DNA from: a bacterium | GTDB lineage: Bacteria; Armatimonadota; Chthonomonadetes; Chthonomonadales; Chthonomonadaceae | Assembly: GCA_021805405.1 (NCBI GenBank) | Contig: JAJZFK010000254.1 | Location: 1-36,485 of the forward strand | Reading direction: 5' to 3' | DNA: 36,485 bases | Part shown: positions 25,699 to 33,449 of the stretch, piece after piece | How positions within the stretch are numbered: position 1 is the first letter of the stretch | How the letters are laid out: each line of letters starts with the position of its first letter | Program-made: the position numbers and the translations under genes | Notes under the pieces: generated by a model | Database searches by the model: none | Told to the model about the DNA's origin: nothing | Seen by the model: the letters and a program-made list of their open reading frames with translations, nothing else

Positions 25699-26201
25699 AG
25701 TAGGCCTCCGTATAGTGGTAGCTTATATATCTGCGAATGTTACCATAATTCAGTGACATTTTTGCGCTGTGGTGTACGCTCACAAATCGCAACTGTAAAA
25801 TTGGTGGGCTTCGTGTGTGAGTGCGAGGAAAGTAACCGCTGGCCCCGCCTAACCAATCCTGGAACTTTGAAACCTTTGGATTTTTAATAGGCGCTAATAC
25901 ACGGCCTGACGAGGATCACCTCTAGTATTTCGGCAATTCTGCAAAAAAACACCACATCATCTGATCCCGCCTAACTAATGACCCTTCCAGCGTAATTACT
26001 CGCAGGCTCAGCGCAAATCCTATCATCGGCCCACACAATGCCGTTTCACCTGTGGGTACCACTAATTTCATTGTCGGTTGCCTTATACGGCAACGGCTAG
26101 TTGTAATTGGAGGTTGGCCTTAAAGCCGGTGAATTTTGACTTAAACTCCGTTTCCACTTCCGCTGGAATAGATTGAATTGCGTGTTTCTGGGAATATATA
26201 C

Positions 26202-26238
26202 TTGATTTTTTGCTCATTTCAATGTAAAATGAGCAAAA
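26202..26238 (+). promoter_or_regulatory. Putative sigma-70 promoter of the DeoR gene overlapped by a 12-bp perfect inverted repeat (candidate operator)
   Basis: TTGATT (26202-26207), 17-nt spacer, TAAAAT (26225-26230). The inverted repeat is TTTTGCTCATTT (26208-26219), 7 nt, AAATGAGCAAAA (26227-26238). An AAGAGG SD precedes ATG 26278. Confidence 0.5.
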
Positions 26239-26277
26239 TTGCTAGTCTTTCTGATATTGTAGACTTAAGAGGTACGC

Positions 26278-27060
26278 ATGGTTACAGAGACAAAAGCTCG
26301 GCATGAAAAGCTGTTGCACCACCTGCTGAAAGACGGTGCTATCGATGTCGAGCTAATGGCAGTGGAGTTGGGTGTATCGGCATCTACTGTGCGAAGGGGC
26401 CTACGTGACCTCGAAAACAGGGGGCTCCTCCGCCGAACGCATGGTGGTGCCGTTCCCGTTGAGACTTCCTTCTACGAACCATTTCGGTATGACGCTTCGT
26501 TTGTGCAACAGGACGCAGTACGAACCGATGAGAAGCGGAGGATTGGACTTGCAGCTGCAGAACTAGTGCAGGAGGGCGAAATAGTTGCAATATCCGCAGG
26601 AACAACAGCTACTCAGGTTGCACGCTGCCTACGGCATCGTTCTGGCATAACAATTGTTACAAATGCTGTTAACGTCGCGATGGAGTTGAGCAATAGTTCT
26701 GGCTTAAGGGTTATTTCAACTGGCGGGGTACTTAGCGGGTCATGGTTTTCTCTGTTGGGGCCGGTGGCAATTCGCACCGTTGAGGAGTTCTTCTTTGACT
26801 GGGCGTTTATTGGTGTAGATGGGATACATGCCAGCCGGGGAGTGACATCTCATCATCAGGACGAGGCCGCGCTCAATCGCGCCATGATTTGTCATTCACG
26901 CAAGGCGATTGCTGTTGCAGATCATAGCAAATTGAACCAACTTGCGCGCTCGCACGTGTCTCCCCTTTCAGATATTTCCCAGTTGATAACTGATACCGCC
27001 GCATTGCCCGGTGACCTTGACGCGTTTGTGGAACACGGGTTGAAGGTCGAGGCTGTATAA
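26278..27060 (+). CDS. DeoR/GlpR family transcriptional regulator
   Basis: N-terminal wHTH RHEKLLHHLLKDGAIDVELMAVELGVSASTVRRGLRDLENRGLLRRTHGGA. The C-terminal DeoRC sugar-phosphate-binding fold has GEIVAISAGTTA and FIGVDGI. Confidence 0.93.
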   Translation: MVTETKARHEKLLHHLLKDGAIDVELMAVELGVSASTVRRGLRDLENRGLLRRTHGGAVPVETSFYEPFRYDASFVQQDAVRTDEKRRIGLAAAELVQEGEIVAISAGTTATQVARCLRHRSGITIVTNAVNVAMELSNSSGLRVISTGGVLSGSWFSLLGPVAIRTVEEFFFDWAFIGVDGIHASRGVTSHHQDEAALNRAMICHSRKAIAVADHSKLNQLARSHVSPLSDISQLITDTAALPGDLDAFVEHGLKVEAV

Positions 27061-27160
27061 CAGGCGACAACTGGGCCGAGAGCACGAGGGACAGAGTACC
27101 GAACAGATCGCGCAAGCGGATTTCAATAGTAGCACCCAAGTTAACCTTACAGAAAGTTTA

Positions 27161-29617
27161 ATGGTAATGAATAACATATTTGCGGTTGTGCTCACACTGG
27201 CAACTGCAGCTTTGGCCGGTCGTGCACCCCTGCCTGAAACCGCTTCTATTCGTGTTCGGCCCAACCATATTATAAGCCACCTTTCCCCGTGGATGTACGG
27301 CTCGTGCATCGAGGACGTTAACCATGAAATTTACGGTGGGTTGTACGCACAAAGGATATTTGGCGAGAGCTTTGAAGAACCACCGACAACGCAGATTACT
27401 GGATGGACAGCCTATGGAGGCGACTGGAAGCCAGGTACAGGTGGACTTACGGTAAATGCTAGCGCCGGCGCAAAACTGGTGCGAAACATGGGAATAGTAA
27501 GCGATTGCACGGTAGCATGTGACATTCGCTTTCCCGATACCGCGGGCGGCAATGCTGGGTTGATCCTTCGAGTTTCAGACGCTCGCACAGGAGCAGACTC
27601 CTGGATTGGATACGAAGTGAGCCTCAGCGTGAGTAGCCAGTCATTAATACTAGGGAGTCATCGCAACAACTGGCAGCCGTTGCGCACTGTACCTACGCAT
27701 TTGCAACCTGACAAATGGTACCGTTTGCGCGTGGATTTGCAGGGATCCTTACTGAAAGTTTACGTTGGTGATAACAATGGGCCCGCTTTGGTATACAACG
27801 ATGGAAAGGGTGCCATTGCATCGGGTGTAGTTGGACTTCGCACCTGGAATTCGAGGGTCGAGTTCCGGAATCTCGCGATTTCGGATCACGCTGGCACAGT
27901 ATTAGATGGGCTGAATTTAAGTGGCAGCCCCAAACTGCCCATGGCAATAAGCGGGATGTGGGATCCAGTTGTTACTCATAGTGCAGTAGCCGCATTTGTA
28001 TGGGACGCCACCAATCCATACAATAGCGCACATTCCCAGCAGATTGCTTTCGAAGGCGGTTCTGGTACTGTAGGCGTTGCAAACAGGGGGCTAAACCGCT
28101 GGGGAATTGCTGTTCAGCGGGGTAAGGCTATGGAAGGTCATCTCTATGTGCGGGGTGATTCTGGTAACACAACTCTTACCGTTGCGCTGCAGAGCGTAGA
28201 TGGTAGACACACATATGCTCAACAGCAACTGCCTCCTGCGAAAGCAACTTGGGAGCGCAGGGATTTCCTGCTTCATCCTACCGGCACAGACTCCCACTCA
28301 CGTTTTGCCATCTGGCTGTCGCATCCGGGGGAGGTCAACGTTGACCAGGTATACCTTAGCGATACCGGAAAGGCACTCTTCCATGGAGGGCCGTTTAGAG
28401 CCGATATTGCAACAAAGCTGGTGGATGAGGGACTGACTTTTCTGCGCTACGGCGGCTCGATGGTAAATGCGCCAAACTATCTGTGGAAAAACATGATTGG
28501 CCCTCGAGACAAACGATCTCAATATGATGGCACATGGTATCCCTACTCCACAAATGGATTCGCGATACCTGAATTCCTGCAGTTTTGCGAAACTGCCCAC
28601 ATAAAACCAGCCTTCGCCATTAACATCAATGAGTCGCCAAAAGATGCTGCAGACATGGTGCAGTACCTCAACGGACCAGCGAGTTCGCTGTGGGGTGCCA
28701 AACGTGTTGCGGATGGGCACCCTGCTCCTTACGACGTAGAGTATATCGAAATTGGCAACGAGGAAGCCATAAATGGAAGTAAGGCGTGGTACCAGCGGTA
28801 TCTTGAATCCTTCGAGCGGCTCTACGATGCGATGCACGCCGCTGACCCTGGCATCAAGTTCATAATTGCGGCCTGGTGGCGGCCCGATGAACCCTGGTGT
28901 GAAACGATAGCAAAAGCGCTCAATGGCAAAGCCTCCCTGTGGGATGTTCATGTAAACGCAGACAACCTGGGAGATGCCGAACATGTTGATCGTACCCTTA
29001 CGCAGATGCAGGAGCAGTTCGCCAAGTGGATACCAGGCTCAAATTTAAAAGCATGCATACTGGAAGAGAACGGAGGACGCCATGACTTGCAGCGCGCATT
29101 AGGCCATGCCCGCATACTCAACGTGGTGATGCGCCAAGGAGGTTTTGTTCGTATCGACTGCCCCGCTAACTGCCTTCAGCCATACCATGAGAACGACAAT
29201 GGCTGGGATCAGGGGCAGGTTTTTTTCACTCCTGATGAGGTATGGGGTATGCCGCCCTACTATGCCCAGCAGATGGCATCCCTGAATAGAGAGCCCCTGT
29301 GCGTAGACTGCACGACAACCAGCGTCGACAATGACCTGGATGTTACCGCTACCCGAAGCGAAGACGGAAAAACCCTCGTATTACAGGTGGTTAACTCGGG
29401 AGATACAGCTCAAACGGGCAGCGTGAACGCGCAGCATTTCGCCTCGCGCAAACATGTTGAAACCTGGACGCTGTGCGGCGCTCTCACCGACGTTAATACG
29501 CCTGAGAACCCACGAAAGGTAACCTGGCACAAAGCGCAGGTCGAGATGCTTGCGCCGACCTTGCACTACACGTTTCTGCCCCACTCCTACACCATCCTTC
29601 GCATGACAAAGCGTTAG
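27161..29617 (+). CDS. Secreted long-form GH51-like alpha-L-arabinofuranosidase with an extra DUF1080/LamG-type domain
   Basis: Signal peptide MVMNNIFAVVLTLATAALAG. SPWMYGSCIEDVNHEIYGGLYAQRIFGESFEE resembles the long-form GH51 N-terminus (GIFFEEINHAGdGGLyAELv.NRsFE). FLRYGGSMVNAPNYLWKNMIGPRDKR resembles lRfPGG...Y.W...iGp...R. YIEIGNEE is the acid/base motif. Residues ~80-240 (GWTAYGGDWKP...NAGLILRVSD...WYRLRVDLQGSLLKVYVGD) fit DUF1080/LamG. A CBM4_9-like sandwich follows. Confidence 0.72.
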   Translation: MVMNNIFAVVLTLATAALAGRAPLPETASIRVRPNHIISHLSPWMYGSCIEDVNHEIYGGLYAQRIFGESFEEPPTTQITGWTAYGGDWKPGTGGLTVNASAGAKLVRNMGIVSDCTVACDIRFPDTAGGNAGLILRVSDARTGADSWIGYEVSLSVSSQSLILGSHRNNWQPLRTVPTHLQPDKWYRLRVDLQGSLLKVYVGDNNGPALVYNDGKGAIASGVVGLRTWNSRVEFRNLAISDHAGTVLDGLNLSGSPKLPMAISGMWDPVVTHSAVAAFVWDATNPYNSAHSQQIAFEGGSGTVGVANRGLNRWGIAVQRGKAMEGHLYVRGDSGNTTLTVALQSVDGRHTYAQQQLPPAKATWERRDFLLHPTGTDSHSRFAIWLSHPGEVNVDQVYLSDTGKALFHGGPFRADIATKLVDEGLTFLRYGGSMVNAPNYLWKNMIGPRDKRSQYDGTWYPYSTNGFAIPEFLQFCETAHIKPAFAININESPKDAADMVQYLNGPASSLWGAKRVADGHPAPYDVEYIEIGNEEAINGSKAWYQRYLESFERLYDAMHAADPGIKFIIAAWWRPDEPWCETIAKALNGKASLWDVHVNADNLGDAEHVDRTLTQMQEQFAKWIPGSNLKACILEENGGRHDLQRALGHARILNVVMRQGGFVRIDCPANCLQPYHENDNGWDQGQVFFTPDEVWGMPPYYAQQMASLNREPLCVDCTTTSVDNDLDVTATRSEDGKTLVLQVVNSGDTAQTGSVNAQHFASRKHVETWTLCGALTDVNTPENPRKVTWHKAQVEMLAPTLHYTFLPHSYTILRMTKR

Positions 29618-29712
29618 AATTGGCCAGATATTCACGACTAATTTCGGACGAAATGGAGCCTCATGCACGACGGGGCATTCCCCAAAGTGACGGTACCAGG
29701 AAAGTGATACGA

Positions 29713-30510
29713 ATGAACTGGGAAGGAAAAGTCGCAGTAGTAACCGGTGCTGCGTCCGGGATTGGCGAATCAGCGGCGACCGAGTTTGCGCAGGAAGGTG
29801 CTGCCACTGCGATTATGGATATTAACGTCGATCGCGGCATGCAGGTTGCAGATCACCTCAAGACTATGGGATTAAGAGCCGCATTCTTTCGTCTGGATGT
29901 CGCCGACAGGGCAGCATGCAGTTTCGTCTTGAAGCAGGTAGCAGCAATGTGGGGACGCGTTGACTACCTGGTGAACAGCGCGGTTAGTTTTATTGGCAAA
30001 GGCAAAGACTTTTCTACTGAAGACTGGGAGCGATGCCTGGGGGTGAATGTGCGAGGTACCGCAAACATGGCACAGGCGTGTTACCCCTACATGTCACTAG
30101 CCGGAGGTGGTGCCATTGTTAATATCTCGAGCATTTCTGCTCACTCAGCCCAGCCAGACAGATGGACATACAATGCTACAAAGGGTGCCGTGGCATCCAT
30201 GACAAAGTGCCAGGCACTGGATCTAGCCGCTTACAACATACGCGTGAACAGCCTTAGCCCGGGATGGACGTGGACACCGGAGGTCGCGAAAGCAGCAGAC
30301 GGTGATCGCGCGAAATGGGAGCCAATATGGGGGCAATACTCTATCTTGCGGCGATTGGGAGAACCAAGGGAGATTGCAAGGGCAATCCTGTTCCTTTGTA
30401 GCGATGATGCCAGCTTCATTACCGGCACTGAGTTGGCAGTAGATGGTGGGTACACTGCTCTAGGCAGCGAGGGCCACGGGGCTTCATCGTCTTTTGCAGG
30501 AACCGCGTAG
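29713..30510 (+). CDS. Short-chain dehydrogenase/reductase (classical SDR)
   Basis: ATG 29713 follows AGGAAAG. Cofactor motif KVAVVTGAASGIGES, NSAV, and the catalytic S...YNATKGAV. The track ORF start (29620) adds 31 non-SDR residues and is probably over-extended. Confidence 0.92.
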   Translation: MNWEGKVAVVTGAASGIGESAATEFAQEGAATAIMDINVDRGMQVADHLKTMGLRAAFFRLDVADRAACSFVLKQVAAMWGRVDYLVNSAVSFIGKGKDFSTEDWERCLGVNVRGTANMAQACYPYMSLAGGGAIVNISSISAHSAQPDRWTYNATKGAVASMTKCQALDLAAYNIRVNSLSPGWTWTPEVAKAADGDRAKWEPIWGQYSILRRLGEPREIARAILFLCSDDASFITGTELAVDGGYTALGSEGHGASSSFAGTA

Positions 30511-30974
30511 ACTGCACACATGCTAGTACTCAACCAATTAGGTTCACATGCATTGATCTCCCACCAGCTATATTACTGGCCGGAAGCGAACCAATATAGA
30601 GACTGAAGGCGCGGACAGTGTAACTGTTCGCCAGATTCTATAGTGAACTGCCTTCGCCATGGCTACAGTTACTTCAACCAGTGTATCAGTCGCAACCATA
30701 TGGCCCCAATCGGAAACCGAACCTCTAGTTTTGCGAGGTTTACAGCTTTTATCGTACCGAGAGGTATTATAGCCCATGAGTTAAATTAGCCGTCTAGCAG
30801 CGTTCATCTCAGTTAAGTCATCGGGTTTGTTATCGATGTACAAGAGCGGTCTTATAACAACAAACCCGTTACGTGCCGTAGTCTTCATGTAATTACACCG
30901 GGAACCACAGATGGTAGTAGGCCAAAAGTTCTCCTCGGTACTAAAATATTGGGCTGCCGGTAACCTTTTGTAAG

Positions 30975-31940
30975 GTGCTAGACACAGTGGAGGATCCATT
31001 GGCGCAACCAGACGAACCGCGGAACCATCCTGATGAGATATTTGTAACACTGCTAAATCAGTGCGATGAAGCCACACGTAAGGGCGATAACAGTGAGATG
31101 CAAAACTCGATGATGCAGCTGTTTAGCCACATTGCAGCGAAACATGAGCAAGAAGGTATACCGCCTGCAGTAGTGTTTGCCGCAGAAGCAAGCGTACTTG
31201 CCGAGCAGCACAACTGGAAAGCAGTAGAATCTAAGTACATGTTGGCACGTAAACACGCCGCAGCGCTTAACTCTCCCGCACAAGAGTTCAAAGCGTATGA
31301 TGACCTGAGAGAACTCTATTTATTTCTGCGCGACGATAAACGTGCCACCGAAGCCGCTCTATCGGCACTACGTGTCGCGCGTCTATCCGGCAACCAGATG
31401 GTGTTATTGATGGCTCTTACGTCCTGCAGTCGTAGCCTGTTGAAGATCGGCCGCATATCGGAAGCTCTTAGTCAATGCGAGGAGGCGCTTAAGTTGTGTG
31501 AGGCTACACAGCGAGCATCGCTTCCATTAGCCTCGGCTCTTATTGCACGCGCTCAATGCTATTTTGCAATGAACTGCTTTGAGCAGGCAGAGAAAGACCT
31601 GGGCGATGCCTGGTTGCAACTTGAACCCCAGAAGGAGTTGCGAATCGCTGCAGGTGTGCAGAGTACCCTGGCACGGTGGTGGGCAGCACAGGCAAGCATC
31701 TTTGCAACGCACCAAGAACATAGTAAGGTTGTTGATGCATGGAAGTCCTCAGTGGATTACCGAAGAGCTGTTTGCGAAGCTCCTCAGGTTACGGGACCGT
31801 ACAAATTCGGACGGCTTGCGAACTCCCTCGGACACCTAAGCGACGCTCTCACGGCCATAAACGACGTGGACGGAGCCGCCCTGGCAATCAAGGAGAGCAT
31901 TGCCCTTAGGGCGGCGATTGGTCAGCCGGAATTTGACTAA
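30975..31940 (+). CDS. All-helical TPR-like repeat protein, function unknown
   Basis: Long ORF with helical repeat character (for example EALSQCEEALKLCEA and AQCYFAMNCFEQAEKDLGDAWLQLEP). There is no signal peptide. The start is uncertain. TTG 30999, 5 nt after GGAGG (30989-30993), is the best SD-supported option. Confidence 0.55.
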   Translation: MLDTVEDPLAQPDEPRNHPDEIFVTLLNQCDEATRKGDNSEMQNSMMQLFSHIAAKHEQEGIPPAVVFAAEASVLAEQHNWKAVESKYMLARKHAAALNSPAQEFKAYDDLRELYLFLRDDKRATEAALSALRVARLSGNQMVLLMALTSCSRSLLKIGRISEALSQCEEALKLCEATQRASLPLASALIARAQCYFAMNCFEQAEKDLGDAWLQLEPQKELRIAAGVQSTLARWWAAQASIFATHQEHSKVVDAWKSSVDYRRAVCEAPQVTGPYKFGRLANSLGHLSDALTAINDVDGAALAIKESIALRAAIGQPEFD

Positions 31941-31951
31941 CGTGCGAAAAC

Positions 31952-32842
31952 CTAGTTGGAGGCGTATACCCTCCCGGCCTCCGTTAACGATCCATCCTTG
32001 TGAAAAAGCGACGAGTCTCGTAACGCTGGCGAGCGATTCGAAAACCAGGCAAAGCGCATAACGTAACTCATATGGTTGAGCGCGGGTAACACTACACGTA
32101 AAAACTGTGCGACGTCATGAGCAGTGAACTTCTTGCTCGCCTGGTGCGGTGTGCTCCAATCAACGTTAGCAAACTCGGTAATCCATATGGGCTTGTGATA
32201 GAGTTCGTGCACGTGCCTAACATAACCAAGAAAGTCGTTCGCATTTGGCATGCCGTACCAGTGTATGGGTATGTAATCGACGCGATCACCTGCAGCTATT
32301 GCCCCGGCCATAAATCTCTGCATCCACGGTCCATCGGCATGCACGGCAGCCGGCCCTACTAGCGGAAGGTTCGAGCTCATCAAGACTGGCCAGACTTTCA
32401 ACGCTGCCGAAACCGGAAGATTAGATTGTTTCTTGCCGTCTGGTTCATTAAACCCCAGTAGATAGCGCGCATGTTGCGTTATCTTCAGATTTGCGATAGT
32501 GCGCGCAATGTTACCGTTCTTATCACCATACCAGCCCCAAACCATAGGAACGAATTCCACGCTGGAGGGTACGGACTTTTGGGGACCGATACCCCAGTCG
32601 TAGTACCAAGCGAGATGAAGCGTCTGCGCAGGATTGTATTTTCCCTGCTTGATGTAAATGCCCAACCCCTTCTTTGGGTTGTTGGCAACAACGGGTACGT
32701 TATTCCCGGATGCTGATTGGTGTAAGCCAGCAGTATTAGCAAGCTGTGTGTGGGCTGCAACGCCCACCGCACCAGATTGTAGAGCATTTGCACTGCCAAG
32801 AACAGAGCATAGTGTTATGCCCAAAATACGCGCACGTTTCAT
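31952..32842 (-). CDS. Secreted GH128 (Glyco_hydro_cc, PF11790-type) beta-1,3-glucanase-like protein
   Basis: GGGAGG SD and signal peptide MKRARILGITLCSVLGSANA. Family pattern as I recall it: KKGLGIY...LAWYYDWG...EFVPMVWG...LLGFNEPD...VDYIPIHWYG...YHKPIWITEFA. Confidence 0.85.
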   Translation of the reverse strand: MKRARILGITLCSVLGSANALQSGAVGVAAHTQLANTAGLHQSASGNNVPVVANNPKKGLGIYIKQGKYNPAQTLHLAWYYDWGIGPQKSVPSSVEFVPMVWGWYGDKNGNIARTIANLKITQHARYLLGFNEPDGKKQSNLPVSAALKVWPVLMSSNLPLVGPAAVHADGPWMQRFMAGAIAAGDRVDYIPIHWYGMPNANDFLGYVRHVHELYHKPIWITEFANVDWSTPHQASKKFTAHDVAQFLRVVLPALNHMSYVMRFAWFSNRSPALRDSSLFHKDGSLTEAGRVYASN

Positions 32843-33449
32843 TCCGCCTCCCTTTCAAACAACAATGTAGCAGTTCAATAACTACATAGAGTTCCCCATT
32901 AAGCGTCAAATTTCGGCCGCCCCGCCTTCAATCCACCGCAGGTTGCACAACAGGATGTTGGGTCAGCCTCACTAGCTCACCTTCAATCCCTCATTGCATT
33001 CCCTATTACGCGTCACCCCGCCCGCAGTAAACCTGCAGCGGGCAGAACCTACGAGATGGGCTTCTTTAACTTCACGCTGGGGAGCCTTGGCGAAAGACTG
33101 CAGAGTGCGCCAGGAAACCAGCAACCGATTGGGATTTTGCGGCTACCTAATTGCAAGTTTAGCCTATAATGCCAGGGTGTATAAGCCATCACCGCTCACA
33201 ATCACCCACAACATGAGGGTAAGCCATAACTGGCGATACTTGAACTGCAGGTATATAGACGGACGTAGCGAGCATTTGTTCATGCCAAACTCTAAGTAAA
33301 TAATCTGGTAGGGTTTGCAGTATTGATTGCACTCAATTTGAATTCAACAATGGCAGGTAGGCACAAGCTGTTCTTGCCCCCTCTGCCATTGCGATAGCTC
33401 CACTACGACGTGCGGTCGTAGCTAGAACGGTAGTTTTTAAGGATGCAGA

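Noticed and set aside
25523-25792. 89-aa minus-strand ORF overlapping the 5' end of the toroid-repeat gene
   Set aside because: It is in a different frame from the SD-supported signal peptide, its translation is non-protein-like, and it has no SD.
30568-31077. Adjacent small minus-strand ORFs (98/72 aa and 69 aa, 3 nt apart), considered as a toxin-antitoxin-like pair
   Set aside because: Neither ORF has an SD at any candidate start, and I recognise no TA-family motif. The first ORF overlaps the TPR-like gene and is read across a 10-bp DNA palindrome. The region is more likely non-coding.
32994-33299. 101-aa plus-strand ORF in the long spacer
   Set aside because: The translation (MHSLLRVTPPAVNLQRAEPTRWASL...) is Arg/Ser/Leu-biased and has no SD or motifs. 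It is probably a chance ORF.
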